Assembly: GCA_003170275.1 (NCBI GenBank)
Contig: PNAM01000015.1
Location: 53,546-117,545, forward strand
Length of the DNA: 64,000 bases
Direction: 5' to 3'
Source: Myxococcales bacterium
Lineage (GTDB): Bacteria; Myxococcota_A; Polyangia; Palsa-1104
Positions 23,297 to 31,962 of the stretch are shown here, in pieces; position 1 is the first letter of the stretch, and each line of letters begins with the position of its first letter. The notes beneath the pieces were generated by a model that worked only from the letters and a program-made list of their open reading frames with translations, ran no database searches and was not told where the DNA came from. The position numbers were made by a program, and so were the translations under genes.

Positions 23297-24560
23297 CGCC
23301 AGGGCGGCCGCGTTCGCCGTCGCGCTGCTGCTCTCGGCTAGAGCCGGGGCCGCGCCCGAGGAGATCAGCCTGGACGGAGCGGTCGCGCAGGCGCTCGCGC
23401 GGCACCCCACCGCGATCATCGCCGCCGAGGAGATCCGGCGCGCCCAGGCGCTGGTCGAGCAGGTGCGCTCGAGCTCGCTCCCCACCCTCTTCGCCAACGG
23501 CAGCTACACGCGGCTCGACGGAAACCGCGTGCTGAACGGCGCGGTGATCTCGGCCGCCGATCAGGTCGCGGCCAACCTGCTGGTGACCGTGCCGCTGGTG
23601 GCGCCGCAGCACTGGATGCAGTGGTCGCACGCGCGCGACAACGTCGACGTCGCGCGGCTGAGCGCGGTCGAGCAGCGACGGCAGCTGGCGATCGCGGTGG
23701 CGCGCACCTACCTGACGCTGATCGCGCAGCACCGGGTGATCGAGGTGACCGGTCGCGCGGTGATCGCCGCGCGGGCGCACGCGTCGTTCACGCACCAGCG
23801 CTTCGCCGGCGGCTGGGGCACGCGCGTCGACGAGCTGCGCGCGGCGCAAGAGCTCTCCACCGACGAGGCGCAGCTCGAGACCTCCCACGCGCAGCTCACG
23901 CGCCTGCAGGAATCGCTCGGCGTGCTGGCCGGCGCCGATCATCCGTTCGACGCCGAGGAGGACGTGGCCCTTCCCGCGCCGCCCACCGAGGGCGACGCGC
24001 TGCGCGACGCGCCCGGGCTACGCTCGGACGTGCGGCTCGCGCGCCTGCGGCTCACCGCCGCGCATCACCTGGTGCGCGACGATTGGGCCGACTACCTGCC
24101 GGTGCTCCTCGGCACGTTTCAGCCGTTCTATCAGAACCCGCCGACGCTTACGCTGCCGGAGACCGGTTGGCAGGCGCAGCTCCTGCTCAGCGTCCCCTTG
24201 TACGACGGCGGCCTGCGCTACGGCCAGGCGCGCGAGCGCCAGGCGCTCGAGAAGGAGGCGCGCGCCAGCGTCGACGGCGCGGTCCGCCAGGCCGAGTCCG
24301 ACGTGCGCGCCTCGCAGGAGGAGGTGCGCCGCGCCGGCAGCGCGCTCACCGCCGCGCGCGACGCCGCCCGCCAGGCGGTCGAAGCGCTCGGGCTGTCCAA
24401 CCTGGCCTACCAGGCGGGCGCCTCGACCAACATCGAAGTGATCGACGCCGAACGCACCGCGCGCGACGCCGAGACCACCTCGGTGGTCGCCGAAGACACC
24501 GCCCGCCAGGCCCGCCTCGATCTGCTGGTCGCCAGCGGCCGCTTCCCCACCGCGCCCTGA
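23274..24560 (+). CDS. TolC-family outer membrane efflux protein
   Basis: Signal peptide. Two-repeat OMF architecture (ISLDGAVAQALARHPTAIIAAEEIRRAQALVEQ... and a second repeat with coiled coils). Confidence 0.88.
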   Translation: MTRGPRTSARAAAFAVALLLSARAGAAPEEISLDGAVAQALARHPTAIIAAEEIRRAQALVEQVRSSSLPTLFANGSYTRLDGNRVLNGAVISAADQVAANLLVTVPLVAPQHWMQWSHARDNVDVARLSAVEQRRQLAIAVARTYLTLIAQHRVIEVTGRAVIAARAHASFTHQRFAGGWGTRVDELRAAQELSTDEAQLETSHAQLTRLQESLGVLAGADHPFDAEEDVALPAPPTEGDALRDAPGLRSDVRLARLRLTAAHHLVRDDWADYLPVLLGTFQPFYQNPPTLTLPETGWQAQLLLSVPLYDGGLRYGQARERQALEKEARASVDGAVRQAESDVRASQEEVRRAGSALTAARDAARQAVEALGLSNLAYQAGASTNIEVIDAERTARDAETTSVVAEDTARQARLDLLVASGRFPTAP

Positions 24561-24580
24561 CTTTCGCGCTCGCTGGTAGG

Positions 24581-25330
24581 ATGAACGGGATGCGAATCGC
24601 GCTGCTCATCACGCTGACTCTGTTGGGCACGACTGCGCCGCGCGCCGATACTGCTCCGCCCGGCACGCGCGGCGGCGGGCAAGCCTGCCTGTCGGGCGGC
24701 GAGTGCGCGAGCGGCGAGTGCGAAGGCAAGGGCTGCGACGATCGAACGCCCGGACGCTGCGCCGCGACCGGCCGCGGCTGTCTGCGCAACCACGTTCCGT
24801 TCTGCAGCTGCGACGGCCAGACGTTCTACCAATCCTCGTCCTGTCCCGGCCGGCGCTACCGCCACCAGGGCGCGTGCGAGGCTGCGTGCGAGGCCGTCTC
24901 TGCCGCGGTCCGCAGGGAGCTCGAGCGACTCCTCAAGAGCGCCGCCGAGCACGCCACCTATTCGAACGTCTGCGCCGACGGAAACGGCGAGAAGACGACG
25001 CTCAGCCTGACGCGCGCGTGCGTCCAGCATCCGGTGGGACGGCCCAACGCCGACGTGATCGGCTTGTCGGTGGAGCTGCACTATCGGGTGACCATCGTCG
25101 AGGAGCGGAGCGGCGAGTGTTCGCCTTATCCCGAGTGCGCCAGGGCGTCGCCTCCACGCGAGAGCGACCGGAGCTTCGGCGTCGAGCTCGCCGGCGGGCC
25201 GGACGGATTCACCCTGATCGTCCCCAAGGAGCTGCCCGGCGTGCCGCTCAAGTCGCCGCTCGCCAAGGCGCACTCGATGGGCTGTCACGGTGAGGCCCCG
25301 GCCTTCGTCCCGCGAAACGTAAAAGACTAG
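24581..25330 (+). CDS. secreted Cys-rich protein with Kazal-like motif
   Basis: Signal peptide MNGMRIALLITLTLLGTTAP. CLSGGECASGECEGKGC, then VPFCSCDGQTFYQSSSC, which resembles the Kazal core P-V-C-G-x-D-G-x-T-Y-x-N-x-C. The rest is unknown. Confidence 0.6.
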   Translation: MNGMRIALLITLTLLGTTAPRADTAPPGTRGGGQACLSGGECASGECEGKGCDDRTPGRCAATGRGCLRNHVPFCSCDGQTFYQSSSCPGRRYRHQGACEAACEAVSAAVRRELERLLKSAAEHATYSNVCADGNGEKTTLSLTRACVQHPVGRPNADVIGLSVELHYRVTIVEERSGECSPYPECARASPPRESDRSFGVELAGGPDGFTLIVPKELPGVPLKSPLAKAHSMGCHGEAPAFVPRNVKD

Positions 25331-25854
25331 TGGGCGGCCTTGACGGGTGCGGCCGCCGCAGGTGGTGCGCTCGGAGCAGCCGAAGCTGCGGGCGCTGCGG
25401 GCGCTGCAGGTGCAGCCGGCGCGTCGTCCGGTGCGTGAAGGTCCCCGCCGCTCGCGTGCTTGCGGAAGAACTCGTCGATCGCGGCACGCGCAAATTTCGG
25501 TTTCTCCGCGTCGTGCCAGAGCCCGTTCAGCACGACCCGTCGGGCCGGCAGATCCTTCGCCTCGTTCCACATCGCGTTGAGATATCGATCGAGATCGGCG
25601 CGCGGCTGCTCCGCATAGAGCAGGCGGCCGAGCATCATGGCGTTCTTCGACGGCCACAGATCCTTCGCGAGCGGCGGATGTTGCGGGAGGGTCGCGCGAA
25701 TCTCGTCGATCAGCTTCTCGTTCTTGGCTTCCTCCGGCGTCGGCGTGGTGCGTCCGCCGCCCTGAGCAGGAGGAGCGCCACCGCGCCCTGCACGACCCTG
25801 TGCATTGGCTACGCATGGCAAGATCAAGATCAGCGCGAGAATTGTCGACCGCAT
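25327..25854 (-). CDS. secreted hypothetical protein with Ala/Pro-rich C-terminus
   Basis: Signal peptide MRSTILALILILPCVANAQG. C-terminal low-complexity APAAPAAPAAPAASAAPSAPP. Confidence 0.6.
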   Translation of the reverse strand: MRSTILALILILPCVANAQGRAGRGGAPPAQGGGRTTPTPEEAKNEKLIDEIRATLPQHPPLAKDLWPSKNAMMLGRLLYAEQPRADLDRYLNAMWNEAKDLPARRVVLNGLWHDAEKPKFARAAIDEFFRKHASGGDLHAPDDAPAAPAAPAAPAASAAPSAPPAAAAPVKAAH

Positions 25855-25945
25855 CGTTTGGACCCACATTATCACACGTTCATCCCGGCCAAATACGGCG
25901 CGATCTGAATAATTCGCAGCGTGTTACGTTCATGGTGACGCGGAG

Positions 25946-26710
25946 GTGCGCATGCGTCTGGAATGGCTGCTGGTCGGTCTCTGCGGATGCGCCGCGGATC
26001 GCACCGAACAGATCAACGATCCGCTCTGTTGCCAGCCGGTTGCGGAGGCGCCCGTCGACCGCGGCCTCGATTTCGCGGCGCGCGTCGAAGGACCCACCCG
26101 CTGCGTCGAAGCGGCGCGCGCGCAGCTTCCGTCTCAAGACGCGTGGCGCAGCGTTTGGGGATGCGTGCAGGACGGACACTTCACCGCGCTGCGTGCGGTG
26201 CTCTCGGGCGCGTGGGATCGCGACCTGCAGACCCGCGCCGACGCGCCGCTCTTGATCGCGCGCGTGATCGCCGAGCGTGGCGGGGATGTCGACGATGATC
26301 TCAGCCTCTTGCACGAGCGCCGCGTGCCGCTCTTTTCCCTCTCGCAGGCGCTCGCGCGGCCGGAGAAGTTTCGCGGGGCGCTGCTGATCATGCGCGCGCG
26401 ACTCTCGCCGCAGGGCGTCTTGAACGAGATGCACCTGGTGGGTCAGTCGACCGACGTGCAGCTCGGCTTGACCTATGCCCGCCAGGGCTGGCCCGGCGAC
26501 TCGCGCCGCTTCGTCACCGGCAGGCGCAGCTACAACTACGACGTCATGACCGGCCAGCGCGTGCTCGCGAACCTCGACAAGGATCCGTTCATCGACGCCC
26601 GTGATTCGGTGGTCGTGCTGGCGCGCTTCGACGGCCTGCGCGACAGCGACGGCTGGCCCGAAGTCTCGGTGATCGAACACTTCCTCCCGAGCGCCACGAT
26701 CTCGTACTAA
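25946..26710 (+). CDS. hypothetical lipoprotein
   Basis: MRMRLEWLLVGLCGC lipobox; 254-aa ORF with coding-like composition. Confidence 0.6.
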   Translation: MRMRLEWLLVGLCGCAADRTEQINDPLCCQPVAEAPVDRGLDFAARVEGPTRCVEAARAQLPSQDAWRSVWGCVQDGHFTALRAVLSGAWDRDLQTRADAPLLIARVIAERGGDVDDDLSLLHERRVPLFSLSQALARPEKFRGALLIMRARLSPQGVLNEMHLVGQSTDVQLGLTYARQGWPGDSRRFVTGRRSYNYDVMTGQRVLANLDKDPFIDARDSVVVLARFDGLRDSDGWPEVSVIEHFLPSATISY

Positions 26711-26720
26711 CATCCGCCGC

Positions 26721-27356
26721 ATGCGGCTTCTGGTCATCGGCGCTTCGCAAGGCACGGGCGCGCTGGCGGTGCGCGCGGCGCTCGACCGCGGCCACGAGGT
26801 CACGGCGTTCGCGCGCAGCCCGGACAAGCTGAAGCTCGACCACGCCAAGCTGACCCGGCGAGCCGGCGACTTCCACCAGCAGGCCTCCGTCGAGGCGGCG
26901 GTGCCCGGCCACGACGCGCTCCTGATCACCGCGTCGGCCACCAGCCTCAAGGCGTTCAAGCAGAACCCGAACTATTTCTCGCAGGGCACGCGCTACACCA
27001 TCGATGCGATGAAGGCGAGCGGCGTCCGGCGGCTGGTCGTGCTGAGGGCGCACGGCGTCGGCGACAGCCGCAAGCTGGCCAACTTCTTCATCGACAAGCT
27101 GGTGATCTCGTTCTTGCTCAAGGTGCCGTTCGAGGATCACGAGCGGCAGGAGCAACAGGTTCGCGACAGCGGCCTCGATTGGGTGATCGCCCGGCCCACG
27201 CGGCTCACCAACGGTCCCGCGCGCAAGCGCTACGCCAAGGAGAGCGCGATCGTCGCGGTGCCCGGCTCGATCTCGCGCGCCGACGTGGCCGACTTCATGG
27301 TGGAAGCGGCCGAGACCGATGCGTGGGTCGGAAAAGCGGTCCAGCTCGGCGGCTAG
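26721..27356 (+). CDS. NAD(P)H-binding oxidoreductase (atypical SDR, NmrA/BVR-B-like)
   Basis: MRLLVIGASQGTGALAVRAALDRGHEVTAFARSPDKL Rossmann N-terminus; about 210 aa, typical of this family. Confidence 0.8.
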   Translation: MRLLVIGASQGTGALAVRAALDRGHEVTAFARSPDKLKLDHAKLTRRAGDFHQQASVEAAVPGHDALLITASATSLKAFKQNPNYFSQGTRYTIDAMKASGVRRLVVLRAHGVGDSRKLANFFIDKLVISFLLKVPFEDHERQEQQVRDSGLDWVIARPTRLTNGPARKRYAKESAIVAVPGSISRADVADFMVEAAETDAWVGKAVQLGG

Positions 27357-27358
27357 CC

Positions 27359-28594
27359 ATGCGCGGCTACATCCTCAAGACCGGAGCGCGCATCGCGCCG
27401 TTCGACGAAGCGGTCGGCGAGGTGCTGGTGCTCAATCGCCGCCTCGAGGACTATCAACGGGCGGTGCTCGGCAGCGTGTGCGCCAGCGTCGAGGTGATCG
27501 CCTCGCTCGACGAGGTGCGTGACGAAGCCTTTCTGCTGGTCGAAGATCATCTCTTTCTCACGCGACACTTCTTGCGCAAGGCGATGGCGGCGGCGCGACG
27601 CACCGCGGGCCCGCTGCGCTTCGCGCTGGGCGCGTGCCGTTTTCTCGAGGAGAAGGCGCCGCTCGGCGGGCTCGAGCTGGTGCGCGACGCGCCCGACGGA
27701 ATGCACGCTCCCTTGCCGCTGGTGCTGTGGCGCGGCGGCCCCTTCGATCGCGCGCGCCTGGCGTCGCTCCCCTTGGTGAAGGTGCTGATCAAGGAGAAGA
27801 AGTTCGTCGCCGAGAACCTGAAGATCCTGCGCGAAGATCTGGAGCTCGACTACGCGATCACCCGCGACGCCGTGCAGTCGGTGCGCCACTGGTCGCACAT
27901 CCTCGACGTGAACCAGGCTGCCCTGGCCGCCCACTGGATCGACTTCTCGCCGCGTCGCGTGCTGTGGTTTCTGTGGAAGATCGTCTCGGCGCTGTCGTTC
28001 AACAAGTGGACCATCGGCGAGAGGCTCAACGTGATCGGGCGCGGCGCGGACATCCACCCGACCGCCTGGGTCGCCGGCTCGGTGATCGGCAAGGGCGTGA
28101 GCATCGGCGCGCACGCCACCGTCTTCGGCTGCTACCTCGGCGACGGCGCCAAGGTCGAAGGCCAGAGCGAGCTGGTGTTCTCGGTGCTCGGCGAGCGCGC
28201 GGTGGCCTCGTTCCACACGCGCGTCGCGTTCTCCGTCTGCTATCCGATGAGCATCGTCTCGTATCCGGCCGCGCAGATGTGCGTCCTCGGCAAACGCGCC
28301 ATGCACATGGGCGGCTGCTTCCCCATCGACATGAAGCTCACCCACGGCGAGTTGCTCGACGTCAAGGTCAAGCACCAGGGCCGCGTGGTGAACTCCGGCA
28401 AGAAATTCCTCGGCGCGTGCATCGGTCACCGCTCGATCGTCGGTACCGGCCTGTGGCTGAACAGCGGCGTCGAGGTGCCCAACGACTACCTGGTGGTGCG
28501 CGACCGGGACGATCTGGTGACCCAGGTTCCCGACGGCTACGCCGGTAAGACCCTGTCGCTGCAGGGCGGCAAGCTCAAGCCGTATCAGCGCTGA
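27359..28594 (+). CDS. hexapeptide-repeat (left-handed beta-helix) protein, nucleotidyltransferase-like N-terminal region
   Basis: Successive hexapeptide-like units (IHPTAWVAGSVIGKGVSIGAHATVFGCYLGDGAKVEGQSELVFSVLGERAVA...). ATG 27359 lies 2 nt after the upstream stop. Confidence 0.65.
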   Translation: MRGYILKTGARIAPFDEAVGEVLVLNRRLEDYQRAVLGSVCASVEVIASLDEVRDEAFLLVEDHLFLTRHFLRKAMAAARRTAGPLRFALGACRFLEEKAPLGGLELVRDAPDGMHAPLPLVLWRGGPFDRARLASLPLVKVLIKEKKFVAENLKILREDLELDYAITRDAVQSVRHWSHILDVNQAALAAHWIDFSPRRVLWFLWKIVSALSFNKWTIGERLNVIGRGADIHPTAWVAGSVIGKGVSIGAHATVFGCYLGDGAKVEGQSELVFSVLGERAVASFHTRVAFSVCYPMSIVSYPAAQMCVLGKRAMHMGGCFPIDMKLTHGELLDVKVKHQGRVVNSGKKFLGACIGHRSIVGTGLWLNSGVEVPNDYLVVRDRDDLVTQVPDGYAGKTLSLQGGKLKPYQR

Positions 28595-28620
28595 CCCGCG
28601 CGCGTGCTAAAGTCGCGCGC

Positions 28621-29190
28621 ATGCGCGGAACCTTCCTTGCTTTGTGCTTCCTCGCGGCCTGTGGCACCAACGGCGTACCGGCACCGGACGATCTCGGCGG
28701 CCAGGCAGGCGCCGATCTCACCGGCGCACCACCGGCTGATCTGCTCCAACCCGTCGACCTCACCTCCGGGCACACGCTCATGTGCGGCAACATGGTGTGC
28801 ACCGGTACCAAGCACTGCTGCGTGACCCAGAGCGCCGGCATGTCGGTGCCCGGCTGCACCACCTCGTGCCCCGACGGAGGGCTCTCGATCGAGTGCGGCG
28901 GCACCGAGGACTGCGGCGGCAATCCGTGCTGCCTCAAGCTCGCCGGCGGCGCGGCGCAGAGCACCACCTGCGAGAGCGCGCCGAGCGGCTGCGATCCGAT
29001 GTTCACGCTCGCCGGCGGCGGCGCCTCCGGACAGACGCGGCTGTGCCACACCTCCACCGACTGCACCGCCGGCGACGCGCAGACCCAGTATCCCGACTGC
29101 TGCGTGGCCATGATGCAGGGCGCGTCGCAGAAGATCTGTTTCAACAAGCAGCTGGTCGGCCTGACCAGCGGCGCGATCACCTGCCCGTAG
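28621..29190 (+). CDS. secreted cysteine-rich lipoprotein
   Basis: MRGTFLALCFLAACG lipobox; 20+ Cys (CGNMVCTGTKHCC.., CGGTEDCGGNPCC..). Confidence 0.65.
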   Translation: MRGTFLALCFLAACGTNGVPAPDDLGGQAGADLTGAPPADLLQPVDLTSGHTLMCGNMVCTGTKHCCVTQSAGMSVPGCTTSCPDGGLSIECGGTEDCGGNPCCLKLAGGAAQSTTCESAPSGCDPMFTLAGGGASGQTRLCHTSTDCTAGDAQTQYPDCCVAMMQGASQKICFNKQLVGLTSGAITCP

Positions 29191-29203
29191 CCAGGAGCCC
29201 GAG

Positions 29204-29920
29204 ATGGGTCACGCGACCGAAACCCTCGAACGAGCGGAGCACGCCGCCCACGCCGGACACGGAGGGCACGAGCCCGCCGGGCGGTTGACGATGTGGGTCG
29301 GGATCACCATGGCCACCCTCGGCGTGCTGTTGGCGTTCGCCGCGGCCAAGGTGGGCGGCGAGCGCACCGAGCTGGTCAAGGCGCTGGTCGATCAGCAGCA
29401 CGCGCACGCCAAGTATCAGGCGCAGGACATCAAGCATCGCGCCGCGGTGCTCAGCCTGCGGCAGCTGCACGCCACCGCCGCGGGCGAAAAGGTCGACGCC
29501 AAGGACATGCTCGCGCTGGCGACCTCCGTCGAGCGTTACTACGCCGAGTCGCAGGCGGCCAACGAGTGGGTCGATTCGTACGATCCGGTGATCCGCGCGC
29601 ACACCGACGGGCAGGAGGAGTACGAGCGCGCCCAGCTGGCCGCCGAGTTCGGCATCGTCGTCGCGTCGATCGCGTTGCTCTTGCGGCGGCGCGCGCCGTG
29701 GTTCGTGGCGCTCGCGCTCGGGATGGTCGCGGTCGGCATCCTGGGCGGCACCTGGCGGCACGTGGGCCACATCGTCCACCAGGCCGAGGCCAAGATCGAA
29801 GAGACCGGCAAGGCCTACCGCGAGCTGCGCGACTCGGGCAAGACCACCGAGGCCGACGACGCGCTGGTGGCCGAGGTGCGCGCCGCCTACGGGGCGCCCA
29901 AGCCGAAGGCGACGCCGTAG
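29204..29920 (+). CDS. DUF4337-like membrane protein
   Basis: His-rich N-terminus, then WVGITMATLGVLLAFAAAKVGGERTELVKALVDQQHAHAKYQAQDIKH and two C-terminal TM helices. Family assignment is from memory of DUF4337 architecture. Confidence 0.6.
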   Translation: MGHATETLERAEHAAHAGHGGHEPAGRLTMWVGITMATLGVLLAFAAAKVGGERTELVKALVDQQHAHAKYQAQDIKHRAAVLSLRQLHATAAGEKVDAKDMLALATSVERYYAESQAANEWVDSYDPVIRAHTDGQEEYERAQLAAEFGIVVASIALLLRRRAPWFVALALGMVAVGILGGTWRHVGHIVHQAEAKIEETGKAYRELRDSGKTTEADDALVAEVRAAYGAPKPKATP

Positions 29921-30877
29921 CTACGCGACGATGAAGTAGAGCGTGGCCAGGTAGACCGCGGGAAACAGGATCGAGCAATAGAAGTCGAGCTGCTTCTGGA
30001 TCCCTTCCTTGCCGTGCGCGAACAGCGTCAGCGCGGCGATGGTCACCGCCACCGACGCGACGATGATCGCGAGCGTGAGCATGATCAGCTTATCCGCCAT
30101 GGTCACCGCGTTGGTGTCGGGCAGCGAGTTGTTGATCGCCACCGTCACCGCCGCCGCCGCGAAGGTCGCGCCCATGCCCAGGCTCACGCGCGGGCTCGAC
30201 TCCTTGGGCCGCACGTAGAACGCGCACCACGAGATCAGCACCGAGATGAACAGGCCGAAGAACACCTTGAGGAACCGGCCGTAGCCCGGGCGCGCGACGT
30301 CCACCGAGAACAGGTAGCGCGAGTAGGCGGACTCCTTGTTCGACGGCAGCGACGTGTCGCCGTAGTTGGTGTGGTAGACCTGCCGCATCACCTCGGCGCG
30401 GCTGCGCGCGACCACCCACCCGGGCACCTGCAGCTCCGGGCTGACGCCGGTGTTGTCGGCATCGGGCTGGTAGACCACCGTGCGATCGTCCTGCTCCGAG
30501 TCCTCGATCTCCAGGGTCAGCGTGTGGCTGTCGAGCGGGAAGCGGCGCAGGTCCCAGAACTTGGTCATGGTCGCGAGCACGCGGCAGGCGGCGTAATTCT
30601 GGCTGCCGAGCTTCTTCTTCTGGATTCCGCTCTTGGAGGTGATGCGCCCGTTGGCCAGCTCGAACGTCTCGAGCGGCTTGAGGTCGTCGCCCTCCCAGCG
30701 AAACCAGACGTAGAAGTCGACCGCGAAGCTGTTGTTCTTGATGTCGATGCCGGTCACATGATTGAGGTAGGTCCCGACCACCACCTTGCGCGGCGCGTCG
30801 GCGTGCGCGGCGCTCCCGCGCGTCAACGCGATCACCAGGCAGACCAGCGCGATCGCAACCAGCGGGTGCCTGCGCAT
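29921..30877 (-). CDS. prokaryotic pentameric ligand-gated ion channel homolog (pLGIC, GLIC/ELIC family), paralog 1
   Basis: Signal peptide plus beta-rich ectodomain. VVVGTYLNHVTGIDIKNNSFAVDFYVWFRWEGDDL and FWDLRRFPLDSHTLTLEIED match GLIC VNTGIYLIECYSLDDKAETFKVNAFLSLSWKDRRL and LDFRRYPFDSQTLHIYL. Four TM helices (M1-M4). ATGA overlap with the upstream paralog. Confidence 0.88.
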   Translation of the reverse strand: MRRHPLVAIALVCLVIALTRGSAAHADAPRKVVVGTYLNHVTGIDIKNNSFAVDFYVWFRWEGDDLKPLETFELANGRITSKSGIQKKKLGSQNYAACRVLATMTKFWDLRRFPLDSHTLTLEIEDSEQDDRTVVYQPDADNTGVSPELQVPGWVVARSRAEVMRQVYHTNYGDTSLPSNKESAYSRYLFSVDVARPGYGRFLKVFFGLFISVLISWCAFYVRPKESSPRVSLGMGATFAAAAVTVAINNSLPDTNAVTMADKLIMLTLAIIVASVAVTIAALTLFAHGKEGIQKQLDFYCSILFPAVYLATLYFIVA

Positions 30878-31962
30878 CAGCGCGCCCTCAAGACGGTCAA
30901 GGCGAGGATGCCGAAGTAGGCGGAGCTGCACAAAACGAGCCCCCAGCGGTCGATCTTGCGCGCGGTCTCGGGCCGCTCCTTGTGCACGTAGCGATTGGCG
31001 GCGATGCAACAGAAGGTGACCGCCAGGATGATCACGTAGCTGAGGATGTAGATCTTGTCGAGCAGCAAGAGCGAGCCGGTGGGCGGCAGCTCCGTCGCTG
31101 CGGTGAACTGCAGCGCGACCGCGGAGATGAGCGCGGTGATGGTCAGGCACAGCCGGGCGTCGATGTCCTGCGCCTGGCAGAAGAAGGCGCCAAACGTGAT
31201 CAGGATGATGATCGCGATCGGGATCACCGTCTTCGAGACGATGCCGACCACCGGCCGCTCGATGTGCACCGTGAAGTCGACCCGCGAGTAGCTCTCGCCG
31301 CTCGCGCCGGACCGCGGATCGCCGAAGGTGGTGGCGAACTGCGAGCGCCCCATCTCGGGGTGCATCTTGCTCAGGCTCCAGCCTGGGATCGAGAGGTCCG
31401 GCCGCATCGCGCTGCCCTTCCAGTCGACCTCGTGCACCAGCCGCGCCACCGGATGCTTGGCGTCCTCGATGGAGATCACGATGTCGTGGTCGTCGAACGG
31501 ATAGCGGGCGAGCGGGAACGGATGGCCGAACCGGCCGTAGACGTGAAAGCACTGCAGCCGCCGCCCATCGGGCAGCACCTCGGCCACGGCGTTGCCGCTC
31601 GCGTCGGCGTAGATCGGCGTCCTCGACAGATCCCCGACGCTGACCGCGTTGGTGAGCTGATAGGTGAGCGTCGGATCGATGTCGCCCTTCCACAGGAACC
31701 ACAGATAGAACTCGGCGTTGAACGAGTTCGACTTGACGTCGATCTCCGGAATGTTCTGTAGGTACAGCCCCACCGTGATGGTCTGCGGGCCCTTCTTGTC
31801 GCCCGAAGCAGGATCGACCGGCCCGCGGTTCGCCGCCGGGATCGGCGCCACCAGCTTGTCGGGCCCCTCGGCGCGAACCCCCGCGCGCGCCCCGAGGAGC
31901 AGCGCGAGGCCGAGCGCCGGCACGAGCAGGATCAGCCGGCCGATGGAGGAGCGCCTCTTCAC
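30877..31962 (-). CDS. prokaryotic pentameric ligand-gated ion channel homolog (pLGIC), paralog 2
   Basis: GTG start at 31962 (VKRRSSIGRLILLVPALGL..). ITVGLYLQNIPEIDVKSNSFNAEFYLWFLWKGDIDP and PLARYPFDDHDIVISIEDA. Four TM helices. TAGTG overlap with the upstream beta-helix gene. Confidence 0.87.
   Translation of the reverse strand: MKRRSSIGRLILLVPALGLALLLGARAGVRAEGPDKLVAPIPAANRGPVDPASGDKKGPQTITVGLYLQNIPEIDVKSNSFNAEFYLWFLWKGDIDPTLTYQLTNAVSVGDLSRTPIYADASGNAVAEVLPDGRRLQCFHVYGRFGHPFPLARYPFDDHDIVISIEDAKHPVARLVHEVDWKGSAMRPDLSIPGWSLSKMHPEMGRSQFATTFGDPRSGASGESYSRVDFTVHIERPVVGIVSKTVIPIAIIILITFGAFFCQAQDIDARLCLTITALISAVALQFTAATELPPTGSLLLLDKIYILSYVIILAVTFCCIAANRYVHKERPETARKIDRWGLVLCSSAYFGILALTVLRAR

Noticed and set aside
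28598-28620. GCGCGCG-N9-CGCGCGC hairpin between the hexapeptide-repeat gene and the next lipoprotein gene
   Set aside because: It has no U-tract, abuts the next start codon and is made of a simple alternating GC sequence that is common in this composition. This is not enough to call a terminator or attenuator.
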